Positions 43,130 to 55,420 of a stretch of 64,000 nt of DNA are shown here, piece by piece. Numbering within the stretch: the stretch's first letter is position 1; every line of letters begins with the position of its first letter. The stretch comes from Camelus ferus. Lineage: Eukaryota. The translations under genes and the position numbers were made by a program. The DNA lies in NCBI RefSeq assembly GCF_009834535.1, contig NC_045696.1:77812001-77876000 (forward strand), in the 5' to 3' direction. Below the pieces are notes generated by a model. That model did not search any database, had not been told where the DNA came from, and worked only from the letters and a program-made list of their open reading frames with translations.

Positions 43130-43360
43130 GCTAAGGGTAGGGCTTTAAAACACACTGTCTGGCTTTGTACCCCATTTGCATGGGCTGTGTGATCTTGAGC
43201 AAGTTACTTAATTTTGAACATCAAATGTCTCATCATTAAAGCAAGGTTATAATAATATTTGCCTGATAGAGTTGAGGGAAGAATTAATTTAGATAATTCA
43301 TGTAAAGTGCTTAGCCGTGTCTCTGGTCCATACTGAATGTTCAATGAATAGTGTAGACTA
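43130..43360 (+). mobile_element. MIR SINE
   Basis: 'gctgtgtgatcttgagcaagttacttaa...agataattcatgtaaagtgcttagccgtgtctctgg'. Confidence 0.85.
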
Positions 43361-44019
43361 TTAACTTTAAGACACTGAGGAGTGAGAAATGCAAAGATGA
43401 ATTTGGCATGCATCAAATTTGAAAGGAGATTAAGTTAATTGTTGAATTAAGATAATCATTTCCTGTCAATGATAATGAAGAAAAACATATGGGTAAAGAT
43501 CAAAAATAGAAAAATATAATAAATGCTTGCTCTAATTTTTGATATAAAAATGACATAAATTAAAAGATATGCTAAGTCACAAATATTAGAAAATTATAAT
43601 ACAAGTCTTAAAGTTACCAGATCCTCAACCAGCTATAGACATAAAGAGTCTTTAATCTATAGGCGCTGATAAACCCCCAAATTCTAGTGTGATCTAGTCT
43701 GGTGTCATCCTTATTTTAACATTTAATCACAATGCATCTTGTTTTTATTTTTAAAACTTTACCTATTATTTATTTGGATTATCTTGTAATAATACTATGG
43801 CAGAGGCTTCCTAAGGTTAGACACTGGTGTCAAACTTATTTTGCTCTATCACAGTACATATCACTTAAATAAAGGGATGGATTAGGTTAAGTCATTTAGA
43901 GAGAGAAGTCGATGAGTCATAAATAAAACATATATTTGGAGGATGCAGTACCTAGGACCAGTTACCAGTACACTGAATGACAAATTTCGGGGACTGGAAG
44001 TAACAGAACCATTTTCAGC

Positions 44020-45580
44020 GAAAACATGGCAGATTAAACACATGTGTGAATCACTTCCCTCTCCTGAGACATAAGTAAAAGAAAAAGAAAAGAAAAAAAC
44101 TATAAAGAAATTTCAAAGACACAGAGATAAAAGAGAAGATATTAACAGAAGAGATAGAAAATAGGGAAATGAGTAGTGAATGATTTAACTGAGGGAAAGA
44201 AATGACAATAAAGTGTGTGTAGAGAGGGTACAAGCAAAGAGATTCAATGTACCAAGCAGACACCTGGGAAAATTCTGGACCTGAAGGCCCCAGTCCAGCA
44301 CAGGCTGAGGGTGAGCCTGAGTGCAGACATGGGAATAGTCTACACAGGGAAAGTCATCGCTCTTGTTACTCTCAGTCTCTCTTCAAACAGAAAATGTTGA
44401 CATCCAGGCTCCCATCATTCAGGCAAAAGCCTGGATGCTTGTTCTCTGGAGGAATGAGACAGTGTAATGACTTGGCACCCACAGACACCAGGAACAGTAC
44501 AAAGTTGGGTGAGTCTTTATCTTAAGTTTGAATGACTAATAAAAATTTTCAGACACATGAGAAAAAACTGCAACATGATAAAGGCTGACATAAGCCAATA
44601 GGGAAAAAAATGGTAAAAAAAAACAAAACAAAACAAAACAAAAAAAAAAAACAAAAACACAAACAAAAAAAAACCCCAAAAAACCCAAGTAATACACAGA
44701 GCAGAAGAAAATATCAAAAAAGCTAATCAAAATCTTCAGAAAGACTAAATAACAATCAGAAAAACACTGTATCTGATTAAAAAACATGAGAAAAGAGTAT
44801 GCCATGAAAAAGAAACAGTCAGAGCAAATCAATATGAAAAATTCAAAAGAAGTTCTTAAAGATAACACGAGGTTATCTCCCAGAAATCAGATTTTTAAAA
44901 AATGAGAGATAAGAAATGTTATTTAAATAATAATATAATTAGAGGTCATGCAAAAACCTACGTCTCTCAAAGCCAGTTAGGAGGAGTTTCAGATAAAAAG
45001 AACAAAGGAAATAGGTGAAAGGAATCAAAGAGAAATTATAAGGAAATTCACCAGAAATGAAGGACACGACTAAAAGGGCAGATTGTTTAACCCAATATGT
45101 GCAGAAGTATCCTCATGAAGCGACACTTAAGAACACCAAGAATAAACATGCTACAAAATCTCCAAAGAAAAATTTACTTTTAATAGAAAAACAGAGTGAC
45201 ACTGTATTCTAAATAGCAACACTGGAATCCAAAAGGTAATGAAGAAATGTCTTTAAAATTCTGACTGAACATAATTTTCAATCTAGTTGGTATACCAAAC
45301 CAAACTAAAAACCACAGGTAGGGGCAAAATCAAAATGTTTAGACATTCACAAATCCAACAAATGTATCATGTATGCAGCCTTTCTTTTGAAGTTACTCTT
45401 AGATGTGCTCCAGCAAGATACAGAAATAAACTAAGACTGAAAAAGATATAATCTTGCTTATACAAAGGATCCAAAACAGGAAAAGAGCAATACGAAATCC
45501 CAGGTTGAAAGTATGCAGCTGCCTTAGTGTGCAACTGTTTCAGATTGAAGCAGGACAGAAGACTTCAGGAGTATTGCAAA
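44020..45580 (+). mobile_element. HAL1/old L1 5' UTR and ORF1 remnant with internal A-rich run (about 44605-44690)
   Basis: Strongly A-rich; decayed ORF1-like 'aatagcaacactggaatccaaaaggtaatgaagaaatgtctttaaaattctg' and HAL1-like 'gatgtgctccagcaa...tcagattgaagcagga'; no open frame. Confidence 0.7.
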
Positions 45581-48563
45581 TCTCCACAAAGTAAAGACTC
45601 TGGAAAACCTGGTATTTATTTTCAGCATTAATACACATGGCACATCAAAAGCCTCCTCCAAGGAAAAAGCCCACCAACCAAAAAGAATCTAGGACACTTA
45701 AAGGCCTCAAAAATTCCAAGATGAGAAAAAACCACAGATACATGTACGAAGGCCTGTGAATTCTGACAGCTAGGGCCAGTAGATGACAGGTCCATGGTAC
45801 ATACAGAGGGTTCCTAGTTCTTAAACGCTGTCTTGTGGGTATGGCTGAGAGGGCAAGCCTCACACTTCTGCTCTCAATAATATCAATTTGGAACATACTT
45901 CCTGTGTTTCTTCTATGGTGGAAAAAGTATGGATTCTTGGAGTTAGAATATGCTGAACCTATGTTGTACTCCAAGGCAATGCTCATACCTGGAAATAAAG
46001 AAACTGACCGTTCATTCATCTCTGGCCTGTGGGTAACCACAGAGCTGATGGAATTCTCTAGGAACTAGAGTCATAGGGGAAATTTATAATTTCCTTCATC
46101 TTCTAAAGCTACAAACTTATTTTAAAAGCTTAAAATATATCACATTCCTAAAAATGAACAGGCAGAGTTACTCTGCCAATCTAATTGCTGGAAATCAGCT
46201 GAAATATGCACAAAGACACAAATCCAAGGATGTTTATCACAAGTAAGAGCAAAAATCGAAATGGTTTAAATGCTCTAAAATATGTACTAATTACCAATTA
46301 CAGAATACGAATGGATAATAGGAAATATTTAATAAATTTAAAAATCAAGTTATTAAACTATATATAGTATATGAAGATTTATGAAAAGCAAATTTTATAT
46401 ATATATAAACTAAACAATAGAATAAGTTCCAAAATGGTGGAGTCATAATTTTTTTGAGTTTCTATGCATTTTTTACCTTGTCAATAAGAAGTATGTAATA
46501 CTTTTAGCATAATACTTTTAAAAAGTATTTCATGTTATATAAAAGATAAGGGAGAGACGAAGAAATTATACCAGGAAATCCATGCTAATCCTTACTACAA
46601 AAATTTATATCTGAGTTTCCTAGTTCCTAGGAAAATGAAAACTCAATAGATTGTACAGCTTTAATTCTGGGTTTGCATGTGCATCTGTCTGCCTCTCTCT
46701 CTATATCACAAATAACTTGACAGTTGTGATAATTTATAACAGAGCTTCCAATAAAAGATGCAAAGCCACCATACTGACAAAATTTGTACTAGGAGATTGA
46801 AGAACAATTGTATTTGTTATACTGGTGACTATTACATACATTGGCCCTTGGGAAAAGACACAGACATGTTTTGTAAGAGAAATGCCACAGGAACCCAAGT
46901 TAAGCATCCTGTGCCATCTCTTGGTTAAGTTATGCAGCTTTCTTTCATGGACATGGTGTTAAACTAAAATTTTTTTTAAAAAGAAATCTGTGGAGGGAAA
47001 ATTTAAATGGTTAAGCTACCTTGCTTTCTGGTGAGCCAGTATAATATGGCAATTGAGCTTGATAATCTTGAGTAGTAAATGGTCATCATGACCCACAGAT
47101 TAATGTTTCACTTAGTATATGTCCCTAAGGGTGGACTATATTTTGACTATATTACATGACCCCTGTTTTATTAGAGTTTTGACTACTCAGTCTTAAGACT
47201 TGAATCCAAATAATACAAATATGAGGTTTATAGAAAGAGCAGCTTTTTAAAATAAAATAGAAATAACTTTATTATATATTTCTGATTATAAAACTAACAC
47301 CTTTACTACCAAAATTCAGAAAGTAGAGGAAAGTGTGAAGTAGAAAGTGAACCGTCAATAATCCAATAGCCCGACAGTTATCACTGAAGTGCACACAAAA
47401 CTTAGCTGTTAACATTTACACATGTACACATATAAATGTATTCATATGAATATAAGCTCAAAATATGTGTTTAAGTTATGTGTTAACGTATACATACACA
47501 AAATAACTTATGAAAATGATTTTTTACTTTAAAAATATGTCATGAATTTATTTTCCATGTAAACAAAAGCGTATCTACAACATGTTTACTGGTAAAAAGA
47601 GCTAGAATGTTTTCAATTAAAGAAAGACCCATATGTTCTAGATTTAGTCATACAGAAGAAAATATGATGCTTAATTATGAAAGTAAAGAGGACTAGACAG
47701 TCTTCTTATCATACCATAATTCTTCTGAAAGGCATTATTCAGAAGTAGTGTAATACCATTTTATTCAGCAATATACTTATATGTATATAACTACACAAAT
47801 ATTTAAGGAAGATGAAAGTACATAATTTACATTTGGGTATGACTATGTGCACATATTTTTTCTTGTAATTCACATTTATGCTTAAATGTATGTGACCATT
47901 CTTTAAATGACTGGTATTATTCTGAACAAACCAGTACACAGGCTTCCCTCACAATATTCCTTCCCTGTCAGAAGCACTAGTATGTTGACACAACTATCAG
48001 ACATTCACAATCATCATCCATTATATGGGGACCATCTCTCCCTTTGAATGGCATTTACCATCTCACCTGATTAGCATTTTACACTCCCCATGTCTTAATG
48101 TCTTCTTTTCTTTCTAAGACACTTTAAGGACAATGATAAAAAGTGGGAATACAGATGAAAAGTATCCTGTCTCTCAAAGCCACAAATTCCACTTCAAGGG
48201 CTTCATTTTAGCACATTTCAGAGCTGCCTGATTGACTACTCCATACACTAAAGAATGAGCGGCAATTGAGGCCAATCATGCTGAACTAAAAGGAGTTGTG
48301 GAAGGAAAAACTTTTGATGTAGAGTTCAACTGTGAGAGATAAACAGTATTATTCTACATTAAGAGGCAGCATTTTCTTATCTCAAAGCTCAAAAGAAAAT
48401 TCTACCTTAGAAATTCTTTTGAAAAATCCTTACTATACTGCTGGCATTAAACAAGTTATGAAGGCCTGCTACCTGATGTACCTTTGTCACTACTGCATAA
48501 CTATTCAAAGGGTCAAATATGAGCTTGCATGGGGGACCCATTCAATGGATAACCTTGGTGAGG

Positions 48564-48602
48564 TCAGAAAACCTCAAAAATGATGTTTTTGAGGTTTTCT
48601 GA
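48564..48602. repeat. Perfect 17-bp inverted repeat with 5-nt spacer
   Basis: TCAGAAAACCTCAAAAA-tgatg-TTTTTGAGGTTTTCTGA. Confidence 0.97.
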
Positions 48603-48959
48603 TAGTAAATTTATTTACAAATAGTTGTGGTCATAGTTTTTAGTCAAGGTGATTCCTAACCATCTTATATACGTGGCACTCATTTGAAAAATGGTAATAT
48701 TTGGATCACTGCCCTAAATGTTGGTGACTGCTCACAGACTGAATTCTAAGTACAGACAGCCGCAGGCTTTCCCTGGCCATTCAGGTGACCCACGTGCACA
48801 GCAGGTGGCGTGGCACAGCAGACAGGAAATTTTACTCTGCAAGGATGCGTATATTGCAGTGTGCTTAGAGTGCCCTGTCCACAGCTAATCTGTATAATGT
48901 GGAAAATAATTCTGTTATTCAACATAGCAAGTTTTCTATAAGTGAAACCATAAAATAAC

Positions 48960-49850
48960 TAGAAGTATGCATTTGAAAAATAAACATCGGGCCATGAAAA
49001 AGGTTTACAGTCAGAATCTTATAAAGGCAAAACTGAAAAAGCTCAAATGCATAAAAATTTAAAATGTATGTACTTCAAATGGAGACAAAAATAATATACA
49101 AAAGAGATGAAAGTTTTATAAGCTACATATATAAGTATACAAGACAAATACACTAATAGAAAAATGGGAAAACATTTACTGAAATAAAATATAAATAAGA
49201 CACAATGAAAATTTTAGAAAGTCCAAATTAACTATCAAAAAGTGGCACACAGAACAATTAGATACCTCCTACCATTAACAGGATGCTACTCAATTTGATC
49301 AAAGGTTTTGGGAAATATACACTCTCATATTTTATTGATAAAATTATAAATTATTTCTTTTTAGATGGATATCATTTATCAAAAGTCTTAAATAGCTGCA
49401 TATGCTCTGACTAGCCATTCCACTCACAAGAATTTTACTCTGGGGAGAGGGAATGATGTATACAGTCATTTATGTATAAGAATGTTTATGAAAAATAAAA
49501 ATTTGCAACAATTAAACTATACAAAAAAAGGAAATAGGTTAAATAATATACGGTCTATCCATAGGTTGGAATACAGTTCACTCATTAAAAATGATCATCT
49601 AGAATTGTATTTGTAAAGATTTTAAAAATTTAAATAGTTTGAAACTAAAAAATTCTACTTGGTAAGATAATATATTATTACAGAGAGATGTAAATGTAAA
49701 TACAAAGAGATATCCACGTCTTAATAAATGTCTAGAAAATTATATACCAATGTTTTATAGCAGTTTGGGTGGTGGAATTAGCTTCTTCATTATGTCTGAG
49801 TTCCTAATGCATATGTCGAACAGGTACTTCTTGTGTAAAATAAATAAACT
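48960..49850 (+). mobile_element. Old L1 (L1ME-like) ORF2 end and 3' UTR remnant
   Basis: 'ctaatagaaaaatggg', 'tgctctgactagccattccactc', 'ggaatacagttcactcattaaaaatgatc'. Confidence 0.65.
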
Positions 49851-52025
49851 AACAAATACTAGCCCTTCCTTTCTTCTTGAGTGGTACATGACAGCAGATT
49901 GGCAGGTGATTTTTTTTTTATAGGCTCCTGGACACTATCCATGATATGCTCTTTAATTGCCTCAGAATTTATGGTTTGGTCATGACTTAATAAAGCAGAT
50001 CCAAAATCAGATTTTGATTAGCCAGGGTCTATATTTAACCATGATTATTTCAGACATGCTCTTATAAGCAAGAGGCAATTTCCGCATCTACAGTATCTCA
50101 AAGTCATAATTGAAATTCATAACTATCTAGTTCAATATTTATTAAGCATGTATCACATATGAAGTATTGTGTTATCTGTTATGGGGATAAATGAAGAAAA
50201 ATACATGGTTTCTAATCTTGAGACTTATATAGACTGGTGGAAGAAATACTGTACACATCACAAGGCAGACTGTGATAAATGCCACGTGAGAGTTTCCAAT
50301 AAAATGAGTTTAGAGAAATGAGAGAGAATTTTCTGAAATGACCTTCAAGAACCACAAAATGAAATTATTTTCAGTAATTTATACTCACTAAGACAGAGAT
50401 AATTCTTAGTCATTTTGGGAACTCTGCAACAAAATGGGCATGATACTAAAGGGTTTTCTGTTTGCCTTCCATTACTTAGGAAATTAAATTACCAGAACTT
50501 TTCATTCTCAAAAATTTCAACTAATTAAGGCTTTATTTGTAAGGGCATAGGGAAATATTTTCTCCATCATTAGGCTTAATTTTATTATTCTTAATTTCAT
50601 CTCATTATCTAGGGCAAAATGAGTTAATGGTGTCTTTTATGATTACTTCTATACATTTAGACTAACTAAAATAGTTCTCAATACTTTGATTTCATCATAT
50701 TCTTTCTATATAAAAAATAAAGCTGTCAGTGCCACATAATAGAATGTCAATAGTTTCCCCCAATATTTCTTTGTCTAAATCTATCACCCAAATCAGAGGG
50801 GAAAATTGTGTCCCTCTCCAAATTTTTTTGCAAGTTCATGTAATAAAATTAGAATAATAAAACTAATAACTATGGGATGACTCAGGCGTCATCTTTCCAA
50901 CTAAAAACCTCATTATTAGTATGTGTGTGTGTCTATGTGTGTGAGACAGGAAGGGAGGGGAGGAGTGCAGCAGAGAGGAAGAGAGAGAAGATAAAATTAG
51001 TTCTGTGAGATATTTCTATAAATAGGTCATTTTTTCTCCCAGAAAACAGAAAAAATAAATTTTAATGTGGTAAAGAACATAATAGCTAAAACACTAAGAG
51101 AAAAAACAAAATAAAATAAATATTATTTTGACAAAGAGCTCATCAACTTCTCTTTCCAATTACTGGTAGTAATTTTGCTGTACAAAGCTCACATTACTTG
51201 GATATAGTTTATTTTAGTGTGAATCTCTTACCATTGCACCCTCATGAAAAGACATATAATTAGTAATATTTTCTCAGTTTATGAGGGTGAAAACTTAGAA
51301 GTGAAGAAGCTTTTAGAAATTACCAACTTCTCATACAACACAAAAAGCTCTCTTATCACCATTTTTTGTTGAATATTAAATATTCAGATAAATTCTGGAT
51401 CAGGATCTGAAATGCAGCTTAATAGGTTCAAAGTGTTTAAAGAAATTTATGAAAAAGAGTTCTGTTATTCACCAAGTTCCAGATTCCAAGTGCATTATTC
51501 ATTTTTTGGTATCATTCTCATTAGGTAAGAGATAATATTTGTTCTATTTCCAGTTTAAAGACTCTTCCACTTTGTAAAGGTGATAAAAGGAAAAAGACTA
51601 CAGAATAGCTTTGATTTTTCCTCCAATCATCTTTGTAGATTATTATATGCATATTAGAGAGAGACTATTTTTCATCTTTAATAACTTGTCGGGTATAATT
51701 GTTTCTTTCTGAGCCTTTTCAGTTATTTTCTCAACAGAAACTTGTTAGACTTTGGTAGCTTGCATAATCCCTAGTATATCACACAGAAACTGGTGTCCAG
51801 CACTAGCAGGTGGCGGTTTCTTTAGACACGCATAAATCCTGGTTGGAGAAGACCATACTTTAGTGAATGTAATGGCAAGCCAGAATTCCTACATTTAAGG
51901 ATAGGCTTCTGTTTCAGAAATTTCAAAGTTATGCTTAGAACTAACTCTGTGTTAACTTTTTGGCTATTATTTCTGCTCTCAAGTGAACTGATACCTTCAG
52001 GAAAAATTCTTCACATTCTAAAGCA

Positions 52026-52245
52026 CATGTCAGCAAATTACAGTCAGCAAACCAAATACCTCACCACTTATTTCTGTAAATAACATGTTTTTGTTTTTGT
52101 TTTTTTAATGCATCCATGCCCATCCCTTTCTTACTGTTTATGGCTGTTTTCCTGACAGCCTAGAGTGGTCAAGGCAGAGCCACATGGCCCACAAAGCCTA
52201 AAACACTGACCATCTGGCCCTGTATAGAAAGTTTTCCGATTCTGG
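52026..52245 (+). mobile_element. MER58A hAT-Charlie element
   Basis: 'tgtcagcaaattacag...catggcccacaaagcctaaaacactgaccatctggccctgtatagaaagtttt'. Confidence 0.8.
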
Positions 52246-53789
52246 CCCCACAGTCAGACCACTATTTTTAAAATTCATGTAGAAAACTTGCATGAACTCT
52301 TTTTGTTTTTTATCTCAGGATATGTAAAATTAATATACACGTATATATAATAGTCATATATGTTTATACATGTTAAGTATGGGTAATACAAAAAAAGGAA
52401 GCACCTAAGTTAAAATGAATCATTTATCAAATTGTGGTTTGTACTATTATTGGTCAAGGACTGTTTTGTTAAGTTGTTGATTACTAAGAATCTCTAAAAA
52501 GCAATAGGGGGTGACAAACTTGTTATTTTACTTTCAAGACTATTTGAAATATTTAAAAAATATCTAAGGAAATAAATGGACAGTGAAGTACAGCCCACCC
52601 TAAGTATTATGTCACAGAACTGGGCCTTCTGTGTATTTCTCTGTATGAAAGAATATATTCAAAGGATAATAACATGTCTCATATATTTCTCCATTCAGAT
52701 TATTAGAGGAGAAAAAAAAATTAAAGTTGAGAAGAAGGACCAGTTTCTCAAATGAGTCATCAATGTTACATGAATTACATTCGTCACTAAAGAGCACAGA
52801 GCAAAGAAGTAATAAGGCAGCAATAATAACAGAAGAGCCAAAAATAATGAGTGAAAAAAAAATATTCTTTTCCATCTTTCCAAAGTTTCCACTGAATGGA
52901 ATCTACTTGGTAAATGTTAACCCTTTTATCCTTTGACAGAGAAGAGGGCTAATTCAATATTGGAGGAAGAACTTTTTACTATCCAGTCACAGTGATCTTT
53001 TATTCTATTCAGAAAGATCATATAAATTAAAATTAAAGGCCATTTTTGTTCCCCTTTTTGGAATTTCCATTTCTAATAAATAAAATCAACCCATTTCCTC
53101 CACTTTGGAGCAGAAACTGCAACTTATTCACATGATACATGGTGTTTGATAAATGTTCATTGCCCTTTACATAAGCTTATTCCTTTAAAGAAACATGTTC
53201 AGAGACAAATACAACTTTTTTCCTGTGAACGGACTAGCATTAAATAACTTCGTGGTTCTAACAGAGCAAATGATACCCTATTGAACTGAAATGCAAATCC
53301 ACTTGCCTGTTCAATTTTGCTTCGTTTGTCAAGAAAATAATTGAGGAAAATAATCACCAGAGAGGTGGTACTTCCTCCAAAAAGTGTTGAACCTTACCCA
53401 GGTAGGCAAGTAGAAATGCCATGATTTTTGAGCCCAGAAGTCAAAGATAAACACTAACCGAGACCTTAGGAATCAAGGTCTGTAAATATCCTCATTAAAT
53501 GGGGGGATGGATTGGATAGACCATCAGGTTGCTTCTAACAGCCATGGAGGTCATGTGGAGGCTTTGAAAGTAAAACAAGAAGAAAGTGAGTTTAGATGTA
53601 AAAAATAACCATCATCACAGTAATAAGATGAAAATGGTTTGGGGAAAATAATCTGCTAGCAAGAAAAATATGTAATTTTTAAAGTTAATAAATTTTCTTT
53701 TAAAACAAGCACTAATTTGAATGTGTATATGTAAGTGGATGTTTAAACTAAAAAAAATTATTTATATTAACAAAAGCTGATGAAAAAAC

Positions 53790-54030
53790 TAATGTGTGAA
53801 ATGTGTTTAATCCATTAGGTTTCTTAGGCAACAAACAACAGATATTTACTCTGGTTAATTTCAGCAAAAGGAAATTGATTGGAACACTGTCTGGAACTTC
53901 TAGAATAAATGGAAGGGCTGAGGACAACGTCTTGAAAGAAGAAAAAACTGTGGCATCTCAGGAGTCCACATGGCAGTTCTGGATGTTCTGAGTTTGGACA
54001 GATTGGTCTAAGCCTTGCTGCTGGGAAAGA
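53790..54030 (-). mobile_element. Old MLT1 (J-M group) LTR fragment
   Basis: 'ggtttcttaggcaacaaacaacagatatttactctggttaatttcagcaaaagg'. Confidence 0.55.
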
Positions 54031-54291
54031 ATTACATTGTTTCCAAAGAGCCTCTGTTTATTTTTGTGTTCAAAGGTTCTTTCAGAGTAACTTTCTATCT
54101 ATGTCTAATAAAGTTCTGAAGGCCATCATATACCAACATACTTAGAATATTTTCTACAAAGAATCTTAACTGTGCAGTCTTGGTTTGAATTCCAAAATAT
54201 GAAGTGATATTTATCCAGCTATTTGGCTCTGATGTAATAAGGGTGGGCTGCTTCCTTATTTTGGTGGTGAATGACCGATCTTCATTTTCCT

Positions 54292-54834
54292 TTTAGGGAA
54301 GCGAAATTTGCCACCAAAAACGCATCTCTTTGGCATGAGGATTATTTTAGGCTGATTACTTTTAAGAAACAAAAGACTCAGGAAGAATCTTTCACCCTTC
54401 TCCTAACTGCCCTAAAAAATGGAGATGGAGGACGTGGTCCAGGAAGGAAGCTATCACCATAGATAACTGCAATGTAATATAAACTAGGTGTGGTAGATGG
54501 AAAATAGCAAAGCCTGTAATTTCTCTTTGTGTCCCACTGTTTCTACACAGCCCAGCAAACATCTGTTTACCAAACATCTGCTCTTTCCTTCTTCCTATAA
54601 ATTGTCTCCCTTCCCTTTGAAGTTCTAGATCCCTACCTACCCACCTCTCCTTAGTCCAGGATAACATATATACTTCATTTTACCTGACTATCTTCAGAAT
54701 CCTTCATGTTATGTGGATTCCCCACATGTATGTAATTAATTTTTTTTCACATGTTAATCTGTCTCATGTCAATTTAACTATTAGGCCAGCCAGAAGAACC
54801 TAGAACAGCAGAGGAAGGATCTTCCTCTCTAACA
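54292..54834 (+). mobile_element. ERV1 solo LTR, MER34-like, with 4-bp TSD
   Basis: TCCT on both sides (54288-54291 and 54835-54838); 'tttgccaccaaaaa...ctctttggcatgaggattatttt' at the start and 'gaacctagaa...cctctctaaca' at the end. Confidence 0.85.
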
Positions 54835-54919
54835 TCCTCCCTCACACATTTTCAGTTAATCTATTGCCACATTTAGGGTTTATTCTTTTTACCATCCTGC
54901 TTTTAATAGGACTTTCCAC

Positions 54920-55420
54920 AGAGAGAATTATGGTTGAAACGAGAGAAAAAAAATTTGAACAGAAATGATAAAGGGAATCTACCACTTCCTTAACTAAAAG
55001 TCTAAAAGTGGGCAAAAACTGACCCAGAAGCTTAAACACTATCTCCAAGGATCAGATCCATCTCTATCTCTCTTCCATGCTCTGGCCTTACCCTCACACT
55101 CCGCTCTGCTGCCTCCTCATAACCAGATTCCCTACTGAAGTAGTAAAATGACTGTTACAGTTTCACCACACACCATCAAGGCAAAGAGTCAAAGAAAGGC
55201 AGTCTTTCTCAGCAGCTTCAAAGGAAAGAGTAAAAGCTCCTATTTTCTCAAAGGCAGTCAGTCTCACTGCCTCATTCGAGGTGAAGGTCAGGACAAGCCC
55301 ACCCACACCATCTGGATGAGAAGGGAGCAGGATGTCAGCCCCAGCAAAACCTGGGTGCCATTTCCTTAAAAGAAGGGAGTAAATAAAAAAGCCAAAAATG
55401 ACAGTTGTTCATTGTATACT
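54920..55420 (-). mobile_element. MLT1K-like MaLR LTR (degraded)
   Basis: 'ccttaactaaaagtctaaaagtggg...ccagaagcttaaacactatc...ccccagcaaaacctggg...aaaagaaggg'. Confidence 0.5.

Noticed and set aside
44517..44868. Hydrophobic Phe-rich ORFs resembling membrane proteins
   Set aside because: They are antisense readings of the A-rich HAL1/L1 remnant.
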